A stretch of 32,000 nucleotides of DNA from Candidatus Nanohalobium constans (GCF_009617975.1 NZ_CP040089.1:330001-362000), one strand, 5' to 3'. Shown: positions 7,310-14,935, counted from the stretch's first letter. Translations and numbers: made by a program. The notes: generated by a model from the letters alone, not told the origin.

Positions 7310-8377
7310 TCACTTCATCACTTCTAGTCCTAGGTCGTTGACATCTCCGGTGACTTCTTTTTCGTCTTCTTCGTTGATGTCTCCGAGGACGTATGGACTT
7401 TCTACTCCCGTGATGATGGAGATGACCTGGATTTTTCCTTGTAGGCTGTCTTTGACTCTTGCGCCCCAGATTGTCTGTGCTTGGTTGTTGAGTTTGGTTT
7501 TGACGTGTTGTCCTACCTCGTTGATCTCGTTCAGGGTCAGGTCGTTTCCTCCTGCTACGTGTAGGAGTGCTCCGTTTGCTCCGTCGAAGTCTACATCGAG
7601 TAGTGGGTTGGAGAGTGCTTCGTGGATTGCTTCTTTTCCTTTGTTGTTTGTATCTGACTCGCCGTATCCTACTACTGCTACTCCTCCATCGTTCATGATT
7701 GCCTGGACATCTGCGTAATCTAGGTTGACGAGTGAAGGCTTGCTGATTGTTTCTGTGATTCCTTTGATCATTGTGGTGATGAGTTCGTCTGCTACGCCGA
7801 ATGCTTGGTCGAGTGGCATGTCTCCTGCGATTTCAAGGAGTTTGTCGTTTTCGATTACAATTGCTGTGTCTACATGTTGTCTTAGTTTGTAGAGTCCGTC
7901 CTCTGCTTTGCTCATTCGTGCTCCTTCGATTTCGAACGGCATTGTTACTGTTCCGATTACTATGCAGTCTTCTTTCTTTGCGATTTCTGCGAGGACTGGT
8001 GAGACTCCTGTTCCTGTTCCTCCTCCCATTCCTGCGGTGAGGAATACCATGTCAGCGTCTTTGAATAGGTTGCGTAGTTCGGCACGGTTTTCTTCTGCTG
8101 CTCGTGCTCCTTTTTCTGGTTGTCCTCCTGCTCCGAGTCCTTTGGTGAGGTCTCGTCCGACTAGTATTTTTCTATCGGCTGAGGACATCTGAAGATGCTG
8201 CTTATCGGTATTGATAGCAACAGTTTCAGCCCCTTCAACATCTTTGTTCTGGATGCGTGTAACCTGGTTGTTTCCAGCACCTCCTGCCCCTACTACCAGG
8301 ATCTTGGCATCTTTAACGTCGTCAAGATTTTCAGGGGTTTTACCTTCGTTTTCAGCGTTGTCTATTATAGATTCCAT
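7310..8377 (-). CDS. ftsZ: cell division GTPase FtsZ
   Basis: VGAGGAGNN N-terminal motif and tubulin signature GMGGGTGTG. 355 aa. Confidence 0.95.
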   Translation of the reverse strand: MESIIDNAENEGKTPENLDDVKDAKILVVGAGGAGNNQVTRIQNKDVEGAETVAINTDKQHLQMSSADRKILVGRDLTKGLGAGGQPEKGARAAEENRAELRNLFKDADMVFLTAGMGGGTGTGVSPVLAEIAKKEDCIVIGTVTMPFEIEGARMSKAEDGLYKLRQHVDTAIVIENDKLLEIAGDMPLDQAFGVADELITTMIKGITETISKPSLVNLDYADVQAIMNDGGVAVVGYGESDTNNKGKEAIHEALSNPLLDVDFDGANGALLHVAGGNDLTLNEINEVGQHVKTKLNNQAQTIWGARVKDSLQGKIQVISIITGVESPYVLGDINEEDEKEVTGDVNDLGLEVMK

Positions 8378-8407
8378 TAAACAATCAGCCTGCTTGTTAG
8401 CATTACC

Positions 8408-8416
8408 TTTTTAAAT
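8408..8416 (-). promoter_or_regulatory. TATA-like box for ftsZ
   Basis: The minus strand reads ATTTAAAAA, 31-39 nt upstream of the ftsZ ATG at 8377. Confidence 0.35.
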
Positions 8417-8444
8417 CGAGAGACCTAATTCTCCTATAGAAGTT

Positions 8445-8612
8445 GTGAGTCTTGCCCAAGACTCGATTCACATGCAAATACGATTGTTTGAACTTTGCCC
8501 AAAGTTCGAACCTAATACGATACTAAACTTCATTTGCCCGTTTCAAACTCGTGCCCGCGAGTTCGAAACAAATCTGATCTGTCATTTCATTCTCGTCCGC
8601 CCAAGGACGAAA
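8445..8612. repeat. Array of four related hairpins, each with a GCCC-containing loop
   Basis: H1 8447-8464 GAGTCTT-GCCC-AAGACTC. H2 8486-8511 GTTTGAACTTT-GCCC-AAAGTTCGAAC. H3 8540-8569 GTTTCAAACTCG-TGCCCG-CGAGTTCGAAAC. H4 8593-8610 TCGTCC-GCCCAA-GGACGA. There is an extra TTTGCCC at 8533-8539, and AATACGAT is repeated at 8477 and 8514. Confidence 0.6.
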
Positions 8613-8781
8613 ATTACTTGTTATCTAAACATTTTCTAGCCTCGTTTATAAATCTTCCGAATTCTGCCTTGATTGTTCGCACTGTTTAGAACAGTTCACA
8701 GATAGAGAAAAAACACTTCACAGACATTCACCGATGTTTCTGCAGTCGAATTCAAAAAACTTCGCTGACACAATTCTTAAC

Positions 8782-9060
8782 ATGGTAGATACTGAGGAAG
8801 TCAAACAAGTAGCAGAAAACGCACGCATCAAAATAAGTGACGAAGAAGCAGAAGACTTTACAGAAGACTTCCAGGAAATCCTAGGTATGTTCGAAACACT
8901 CGACCAGGTAGACACAGAAGATGTTGAACCAAGCTTCCATCCGGTAGAGACAGAATCAAAGCAGAGAGAAGACCAAAAAGAAGAAACACTGGAAAAAGAA
9001 GATGTCTTCCAGAATACAGAGAATGAGGAAGACGGTTATTTCAAGGGACCGAGCGTATAA
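8782..9060 (+). CDS. gatC: Asp/Glu-tRNA amidotransferase subunit C
   Basis: ...ARIKISDEEAEDF...LDQVDTEDVEPSFHP...REDQ...GYFKGPSV matches the GatC pattern. The ATG at 8782 gives the usual length of about 92 aa. The track's 8734 start adds a non-conserved extension. Confidence 0.8.
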   Translation: MVDTEEVKQVAENARIKISDEEAEDFTEDFQEILGMFETLDQVDTEDVEPSFHPVETESKQREDQKEETLEKEDVFQNTENEEDGYFKGPSV

Positions 9061-9099
9061 TCCTAAATCTTATTTCTATCATTCTCTAACCTTGACTTC

Positions 9100-9591
9100 A
9101 TGAAGATTGGAGTAATCTCAGATACACACGACAACTTGAGTTTGACTAGGAAAGCAGTGGAATTCTTCGAAGCTGAGAAAGTTGAGGCAGTTATTCACTG
9201 TGGAGACATGATTGCACCTTTCACTGCAGAACTCTTCGACGCAGACTTTGATTTCTATGCAGTCAGAGGAAATAATGATGGAGAGTGGAGTCTGAAAGAG
9301 ACAGTTGAACAGTTTGGAGAGTTCTACAATAATATCGCAGACTTAGAGTTTTCTGGTAAGAAGATAGCTGTTTATCACGGTACTGAAGAAGAAATTGTAG
9401 AAGGGTTAGTTGAGAAGGATTACGATTATGTTTTCCGAGGTCACACTCATCGTAAAAAAGTGGAGAGTCATGGAGACACTACTGAGTTAAATCCGGGCGG
9501 CATCAAGCTGCTGGGACAGGAGGAAGAGTTCAATTTTGCGGTTGTTGATTTAGAAGAAGATGAAATAGGGTTTCATGAGATAATTGATTAG
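9100..9591 (+). CDS. MJ0936/YfcE-family metallophosphoesterase
   Basis: Motifs ISDTHDN, HCGD, RGNNDG, GHTH in canonical order. 163 aa. Confidence 0.85.
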   Translation: MKIGVISDTHDNLSLTRKAVEFFEAEKVEAVIHCGDMIAPFTAELFDADFDFYAVRGNNDGEWSLKETVEQFGEFYNNIADLEFSGKKIAVYHGTEEEIVEGLVEKDYDYVFRGHTHRKKVESHGDTTELNPGGIKLLGQEEEFNFAVVDLEEDEIGFHEIID

Positions 9592-10253
9592 GATTTCTTT
9601 TTGCTAGAAACATGTCTTCCTCTCTGGCTGACTGTGTAGAGGTATTGGATTTCTTGGGGTGTTAGTACATGGTTGTAGATTCGGACCTCTGATACTGAGC
9701 CTTTAAACAGGTCACTGCTGTTTAAACCTCCGAGTTCAGTGTTGTTAGTCGATGAGTAAAGCTTAGATATTGAGTTGTCCGTTCCTTCGAGTTTACCGTT
9801 TTTGAAAACCCGCATCTCTGATCCAGTCCAAGACAGAGTATAGTGGTTCCAAGTGCTTTTAGGTGCTGAGATGGCAACGGCAGCATTACTGGATCCATCA
9901 GATGTATAGAAGTCAAGATCTCCGCCTGCCCATCTAATAGTGTATGTAAAAGAATTGTTGCTTGTTTTAGAATCGTCTCCCTGTCCTATAACATTGCTGA
10001 AATCGGTTATATCGCTGCCTGGTCGAGCCCAAAAGGAAACAGTAAAAGAACTGTTATCCTGGTTAAATCCTGTTGAGACATAATCATTGCTCCCATCAAA
10101 ACTGTATGCGTTTTGTCCTGTGGGTCCTATCGTTGCTCCAACCACTGTGCTATCTCCACCGTTGTTGACTGAACCATGTTTTTCGTTCCCGCTGTGGTCG
10201 TATGCTGTACTTCCTGATTCTTCGTTTAACGGCCAGTATCCGATTAAAACCAT
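9588..10253 (-). CDS. LamG (concanavalin A-like jelly-roll) protein, one domain, no signal peptide
   Basis: YWPLNEESGSTAYDHSGNEKHG...AYSFDGSNDYVSTG...FTVSFWARP...FKGSVSEVRIYNHVLTPQEIQYLY. TAATG junction with the upstream gene. Confidence 0.8.
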   Translation of the reverse strand: MVLIGYWPLNEESGSTAYDHSGNEKHGSVNNGGDSTVVGATIGPTGQNAYSFDGSNDYVSTGFNQDNSSFTVSFWARPGSDITDFSNVIGQGDDSKTSNNSFTYTIRWAGGDLDFYTSDGSSNAAVAISAPKSTWNHYTLSWTGSEMRVFKNGKLEGTDNSISKLYSSTNNTELGGLNSSDLFKGSVSEVRIYNHVLTPQEIQYLYTVSQRGRHVSSKKKS

Positions 10254-11599
10254 TATTGGTCACCTTTAGCGTTTACAGTCATTTTTCTCATGTCTCGTCC
10301 TCTGGTTCCCCATTGGTAGAGTTGGAATACTTCGTGAGGTTTTAGTGCTCGTTTGTAGATTCTGAGGTCGTCAATGTCGCCTGTGAAGTAGTTTCCGGAT
10401 GAGGTAGTGGTGTCAAATGTTCCGATGTTTAAGGGTTCTGAGGTTGATAATTTTCCTACAGCGGATATGTCTGCGGTGCCAGATAATGCGCCGTCAATGA
10501 ATAACAGGGTTTGGTTGCTTGATTTATCTACTACGAATGTGAAATGATGCCACGATGAATCGGCTATTTTTTTGTTTGAGGAAAGATCCACCTTATTTGA
10601 GCCATCATCCACTCTACAGTTCAGTGTATTATCGGAGTTAGCTCTCACAGAATATGTCTGATCGGCAAATCCCAGGAAATACTCAAACTCGCCTGACTGA
10701 GTGTATCTGAACCATCCAGACAAGGTAAAATCGGAATCTGATGGATAAAGCGATGAATCATTAGATACCTGCACATACTCATCAGATCCGTTAAACTGCA
10801 TAGCTTTCCCTCTAATCGAATTTGAGGTATACCCTGAGCTTGTGCCGCTTCCTCCATCATTACTTCCCCAAGAATCATTTACTGTGTCGTCAAATGTCCA
10901 TCTTGAGACTGCACCTGAATCGGAACTGTCATGTAAGCTTTGGTCTGTGTAGTCGCCGCTCCCCCATTCGTACAGTTTTTGTACTTCTTGAGGTGTTAGG
11001 GTTCGGTTGTAGAATCTTACGTCGCATATTTCTCCTGAGGCAGGGAAGCTTGCTGGTCGGTTTCCTATTCTGAATCTCCCGTTAAGTGAGAAATCTGAGT
11101 GGGATGAAATATCGCTTTGATCCACAAGTTCTCCATCCATATACAGATTAATCCTGTTCTCAGTCAGAGAGAAACAGAAGTGATGCCATTCATCAAAATA
11201 GTTTCCAGAGTCCTTAACCTCGGCAAAATTACTGTTGCCGTCATCGTAGTGAACTTGTGCTGCACCGGTATCAGATGTTCTAACAAACAAATAGGGTGTA
11301 TCGCCACTATCGGTGCTAGACAAAAACAAAATGTATCGATAATCGCTTGAGTCCATCTTAGCCCAGACAGAGAATGTCGAATTTTTGATGCTGTATTTTG
11401 AAGGCAGATTTATTCGAACATGCTGATCATTGGAATTATCGAAGCTATAAGCAGTTAGTCCTCCTTTACCTGCTACTCCTTGTGTAGGATATGTGGAGGT
11501 TGTGGATCCATCGCCAAGTGTTCCATGGTTGCCGTTTCCTGAAAGGTCGTTTGCTCGTCCATTGTTTTCATGTAGTGGCCACCATCCTGTAAGATTCAT
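10253..11599 (-). CDS. LamG protein, two tandem domains, no signal peptide
   Basis: Domain 1: WWPLHENNGRANDLSGNGNHG...AYSFDNSNDQHV...CDVRFYNRTLTPQEVQKLYEWG. Domain 2: RWTFDDTVNDSWGSNDG...AMQFNGSDEYVQV...IDDLRIYKRALKPHEVFQLYQWG. ATGA overlap with the upstream gene. Confidence 0.8.
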   Translation of the reverse strand: MNLTGWWPLHENNGRANDLSGNGNHGTLGDGSTTSTYPTQGVAGKGGLTAYSFDNSNDQHVRINLPSKYSIKNSTFSVWAKMDSSDYRYILFLSSTDSGDTPYLFVRTSDTGAAQVHYDDGNSNFAEVKDSGNYFDEWHHFCFSLTENRINLYMDGELVDQSDISSHSDFSLNGRFRIGNRPASFPASGEICDVRFYNRTLTPQEVQKLYEWGSGDYTDQSLHDSSDSGAVSRWTFDDTVNDSWGSNDGGSGTSSGYTSNSIRGKAMQFNGSDEYVQVSNDSSLYPSDSDFTLSGWFRYTQSGEFEYFLGFADQTYSVRANSDNTLNCRVDDGSNKVDLSSNKKIADSSWHHFTFVVDKSSNQTLLFIDGALSGTADISAVGKLSTSEPLNIGTFDTTTSSGNYFTGDIDDLRIYKRALKPHEVFQLYQWGTRGRDMRKMTVNAKGDQ

Positions 11600-13038
11600 T
11601 GCAGTGTATCACCTCTGCTGATTCTGTAAGCGCCTTTGTTGTACAGTTTTTCGATTTGGATTGGGTTGAGGACTTGGTTGTAGATTCGGACATCGTCAAC
11701 GTACCCTTTGTAGTGTGCGTTTCCGGTGTTGGATCCTATTGTTGAGGCTGCGGACAGGTCAGATACAGTGTTCTGTGTTTGAGACTGCTGATTCTCAAGA
11801 ATGCCATCTACATATATGGATGTAGTGCTGCCATCACTTGTCGAAACTACGTGATGCCAGTTACCGTCATTGACAGTTGTCTGAGATGAGATAATATCTG
11901 CAGAGCTGCCGGTATACGTTACACTGAATTTTCCGTTCCCATCTCTATTGACTCTGTGAACCCAGACTCCCTCTATCGATAGAGGGACAACATTTGTGCC
12001 TGTAGTCTCTGTTTTAATCCATTTGGAGATAGTTACGCTGCCGTCGCCGCTATCAAAGGCATTCTGCGGTAGTTCTACTTGGTCGTCACTTCCATCAAAC
12101 TCCTTTGCCTGATCATAGACCCCGTCAACAAATCCGGTGCTTGTACTGTCGGTGCCATCATTTTCTCCCCATGAATCATTTACTGAACCGTTTAATTTGT
12201 ATCTGCTGATTCCGCCCTGATTCTGACTAGGAACTTCTTGCCCAGTCCTTTTTATTCCACTTTGTACACCATTTCCGGAGTTGTACAATGCTTGTATTTC
12301 TGGTTCTGAAAGTGCTCGGTCGTAGATTCGTATATCGTCTATTTTTCCGTCATGGTAGGAACTTGGTCCGCTGCTTCCTTCTATAGCTCCTATCGCATCT
12401 ATTCTTCCTGATACTCCTTCGGTGTTGGAGGAGTTGGATTTTTTTACTTCTAGGGTATTGTTGATGTAGAGTTTTACATCTGGGTTGTCTCTTACTGCTA
12501 CTATGTGATACCAGGTTGATGCACTGGGAGATCTTCCGTTCAGCGTTGAGTTGTCTGATGATCCGAAATGAGTATATGTCAGTGAGTCTGTGCTGTTATC
12601 ATATCTTATGCTGATATTATTATTTGATAATGGGCATAGGAAGACTCTTTCTGAGGTCAGGTCACCGCAGTTTATCCATGCAGATATTGTATACTCGCCT
12701 CTCAGTGGAGGGATCTCGGTTTTTAGATTTACATAATCATCTGTTCCGTCGAAGCTTAGTGCGTTGTTCCCTGTATTGGAGTTGGCAGACCACATGTCAG
12801 AAGCAGAAGTGTTTGTTCCGTTGGTTCCTGGGTTAATCTGTCCATGATTTCCAGTGGCTCCGTCCAGCAAAACCTCTCCCTGCCCTTTCTCCATGGGGTA
12901 GTATGCTACTAATCCTCTGGTCAGGCTTCCGTGTTGATATCCTTGACTTAGTTTTCCGTTAGTGTCTATTCCGTCAGAGATTCCGGATGAGTCCTGTTCA
13001 TCTTTGAAGTCGTTGCTGTTCCATTTTAGTTTTACCAT
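11596..13038 (-). CDS. LamG protein, two tandem domains, no signal peptide
   Basis: Domain 1: AYYPMEKGQGEVLLDGATGNHG...ALSFDGTDDYVNL...IDDIRIYDRALSEPEIQALYNSG. Domain 2: RYKLNGSVNDSWGENDG...AKEFDGSDDQVEL...VDDVRIYNQVLNPIQIEKLYNKG. Confidence 0.8.
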   Translation of the reverse strand: MVKLKWNSNDFKDEQDSSGISDGIDTNGKLSQGYQHGSLTRGLVAYYPMEKGQGEVLLDGATGNHGQINPGTNGTNTSASDMWSANSNTGNNALSFDGTDDYVNLKTEIPPLRGEYTISAWINCGDLTSERVFLCPLSNNNISIRYDNSTDSLTYTHFGSSDNSTLNGRSPSASTWYHIVAVRDNPDVKLYINNTLEVKKSNSSNTEGVSGRIDAIGAIEGSSGPSSYHDGKIDDIRIYDRALSEPEIQALYNSGNGVQSGIKRTGQEVPSQNQGGISRYKLNGSVNDSWGENDGTDSTSTGFVDGVYDQAKEFDGSDDQVELPQNAFDSGDGSVTISKWIKTETTGTNVVPLSIEGVWVHRVNRDGNGKFSVTYTGSSADIISSQTTVNDGNWHHVVSTSDGSTTSIYVDGILENQQSQTQNTVSDLSAASTIGSNTGNAHYKGYVDDVRIYNQVLNPIQIEKLYNKGAYRISRGDTLQ

Positions 13039-13042
13039 TTTT

Positions 13043-13525
13043 CTACACTGAGAGTTCTATTGAGTTGATTTCTGCGGTTTTCTCCATGTTGGAGTTGGTT
13101 AGGGTTGTTTTGATCCAGTACTTGTTTCCTGTGCCGCCTTGTATGTTGCTTAGTGTGGTTGTGTTGGTTCCGTCGTTGATTGTTATTGTTTCTGTGTTGT
13201 CGGCTGTTCCGCTTCCGGTTGTGTCTTCGAATATTGTTATTTCTGCTGTCTGGCTGTTCAGTGTTGCGTCTACTGTTGCTGTAGGTCCGGTTGATGGTCC
13301 GGTTGTGGATATTGCCAGGATGTCGTTTGCTGTTTTGACTTTTACTGGTGTTGCATCTGAGTTTGAAGGGTCTACAAGGTTGAGTCCGCCGATCTCTGAA
13401 CCTACTTTGATTTTCAAGGACGGTGTTTCGGAGAAGTCGCTGAGTTGGTATACTGGCAGCTTTACTGGTGTTCCTGCTGATGTTTTCAAGCCGATTTCTC
13501 CGATTTTTCCCATTTTTTGGATCAC
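13043..13525 (-). CDS. hypothetical Thr/Ser-rich protein (160 aa), no signal peptide
   Basis: An ORF packed 4 nt upstream of the LamG gene and 7 nt downstream of the Tat-signal gene. The overlapping plus-strand ORFs (13065-13577, 13468-13899) look like shadow frames. No family recognised. Confidence 0.6.
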   Translation of the reverse strand: MIQKMGKIGEIGLKTSAGTPVKLPVYQLSDFSETPSLKIKVGSEIGGLNLVDPSNSDATPVKVKTANDILAISTTGPSTGPTATVDATLNSQTAEITIFEDTTGSGTADNTETITINDGTNTTTLSNIQGGTGNKYWIKTTLTNSNMEKTAEINSIELSV

Positions 13526-13532
13526 TTGTTAT

Positions 13533-13859
13533 TTATGCGCTGGAGTCGTACCAGATTTCTCCTTCTTCCGGATTTGAAGGGTCACCGTTCACTGTTGGCA
13601 GTTTCAATGTATCTGAGGATGACATGTCGGCGTTTGAGTTCATGACTACTTCTGTGTCAAACGTTGCTGGTCCACCGTCGGTTATATCGAACTCTGTGTT
13701 GCTGTCAGTTCCAAAGAACTTCAGGTCACTGCTTTTTATGTCGACTGCTGATGCAGGAAGCATTGAGAATGCTCCTACACCTGCTAATCCGAGCCCGGCT
13801 TTTTTCAGGAATTTTCTCCTGCTTATGTTTCCTTCAGCTTCTTCGTTTTCTTGTTTCAT
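13533..13859 (-). CDS. small secreted protein with a twin-arginine (Tat) signal peptide
   Basis: The N-terminus ...NISRRKFLKKAGLGLAGVGAFSMLPASAVD contains the consensus SRRxFLK, an h-region and an AxA-like site. The mature part is about 70 aa and ends LKLPTVNGDPSNPEEGEIWYDSSA. Confidence 0.75.
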   Translation of the reverse strand: MKQENEEAEGNISRRKFLKKAGLGLAGVGAFSMLPASAVDIKSSDLKFFGTDSNTEFDITDGGPATFDTEVVMNSNADMSSSDTLKLPTVNGDPSNPEEGEIWYDSSA

Positions 13860-13913
13860 AAATATCTTATACCTTTTTGTTGTGTTTTTCTTTGTTTAAT
13901 ATTCTTCCGTTTG

Positions 13914-14738
13914 TCAGCAGGTCTCGCCAAGACAGACAGGAGCATTTACTGGTTTAACCTCAGTTGTGTTTAATGTTCCGTCCATTGAATTGTTTTCTGT
14001 GTTCACATAGCCTTCTAAACTGCCTGTTGAGATGCTGCAGTTGTTGCCAAGACAGTTAAAGTCGATGCTATCTGTTTGAAGTGTTCCGGTCATGTTGTCT
14101 CCGGAACGGTTTACATACTTTTCAGTTCCACTTAGTTCAGAACCACTTGTCGAACTACATCCTTCTCCGATACAGATTGGTGTGCCGTCGCCTGATCGAA
14201 GAGATGACTGTATGTCCAGTGATTCCATCTCACCGCCTGATGTCAAGAGCTTCTCTATAACAACTTGGACTATCTTGATAGGTCCTTGAATCTGCCCAGA
14301 AGCTTCCAGATCTGTCAATCCTCCGGCGTCGTAAATTACACTTAAATCATAAGTGTTGCTCCCTTCAGAGCGTTCTACATTACTTAAGGTTATAGTGTCA
14401 GAGGCTCCGATAGGGACAGAAATTTGAGAGCTGTTTGAAGTCTTTAGAGTATTATTTGATGGATCAGAAATCTTTACTTCATTAACAGTTACATCCTCAG
14501 AAGCTGCAGCCCGTACACGCATCTGCAGATTTCCCTCTGAGGTAACACCGAAATCAGTTACCTCAATCTTTGAATCGGAAAGCCCAGAAACAGCCTCAAC
14601 GCCTCCTTGACTCTGGATAACTGAGAAAATCGCTCCGCCTACAACCGCAACTACAACAAGCATCCATCCATAAGTAGTCAAGTACTCAATCGCAGACTGT
14701 CCTTTACTAACTTCTCGACCTATAAAACCAGAAAACAT
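13914..14738 (-). CDS. archaeal type IV pilin-like protein (class III signal peptide) with a Cys-loop / GDxMxGxL C-terminal region
   Basis: The N-terminus ...REVSKG|QSAIEYLTTYGWMLVVVAVVGGAIF is a class III signal with Gln at +1. The C-terminus has PICIGEGC, KYVNRSGDNMTGTL, NCLGNNC, GYVNTENNSMDGTL, VCLGETC. Paralogue of 23458-24249. Confidence 0.75.
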   Translation of the reverse strand: MFSGFIGREVSKGQSAIEYLTTYGWMLVVVAVVGGAIFSVIQSQGGVEAVSGLSDSKIEVTDFGVTSEGNLQMRVRAAASEDVTVNEVKISDPSNNTLKTSNSSQISVPIGASDTITLSNVERSEGSNTYDLSVIYDAGGLTDLEASGQIQGPIKIVQVVIEKLLTSGGEMESLDIQSSLRSGDGTPICIGEGCSSTSGSELSGTEKYVNRSGDNMTGTLQTDSIDFNCLGNNCSISTGSLEGYVNTENNSMDGTLNTTEVKPVNAPVCLGETC

Positions 14739-14773
14739 AATGTATAAACTGAGAAAAGCTCATTAATAAAATC

Positions 14774-14783
14774 TATATATTTT
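14774..14783 (+). promoter_or_regulatory. TATA-like box (TATATATTT) ahead of the small zinc-ribbon ORF
   Basis: A/T-rich box about 27-36 nt upstream of the ATG at 14810. The same AT-rich block (14761-14770 on the minus strand, ATTTTATTAA) could serve the divergent pilin-like gene. Confidence 0.35.
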
Positions 14784-14809
14784 CAGTAAAAAGGTCTATC
14801 TCGATAGAT

Positions 14810-14935
14810 ATGAAACTAAAATGCCCTGAATGCGGAGGACAAATGACATTCAAAGGATACCGCCCGCTATTCCCAGAATGCACGGAGTGCGGTAAAAACT
14901 TCCATGTCAAAGACTGCAAAAACACACAGAAATAA
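14810..14935 (+). CDS. 41-aa zinc-ribbon protein (below the ORF-track size cut-off)
   Basis: Hand translation gives MKLKCPECGGQMTFKGYRPLFPECTECGKNFHVKDCKNTQK*. It has CPxC...CxxC knuckles, a TATA-like box upstream, and fills an otherwise empty 254-nt gap. Confidence 0.5.
   Translation: MKLKCPECGGQMTFKGYRPLFPECTECGKNFHVKDCKNTQK

Noticed and set aside
8540-8569. The 30-nt sequence GTTTCAAACTCGTGCCCGCGAGTTCGAAAC looks like a CRISPR repeat, so the neighbouring hairpins could be a CRISPR array.
   Set aside because: Only one full copy exists. Neighbouring units share just the hairpin plan and GCCC loop, not the sequence. Spacing is irregular and too short for spacers, and there are no cas genes in the window.
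8486-8570. GTTCGAAC/GTTCGAAA motifs suggested tRNA T-arms or a split tRNA.
   Set aside because: I could not fold a cloverleaf. No acceptor, D or anticodon arms lie at the right distances, and the GTTCGAA is part of long simple hairpin stems.
11596-11640. RGD tripeptide at the C-terminus of the 480-aa LamG protein (YRISRGDTLQ).
   Set aside because: A single tripeptide is expected by chance, and integrin-type recognition has no known relevance here.
9588-14738. An integrated virus or tailocin remnant as an explanation for the LamG/tail-fibre-like genes (the same applies to 23458-32000).
   Set aside because: The window has no capsid, portal, terminase, tail-tube, baseplate or integrase genes and no flanking direct repeats or tRNA. 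Several products carry Sec, Tat or class III export signals, which points to cellular surface proteins. Viral ancestry of individual modules remains possible.
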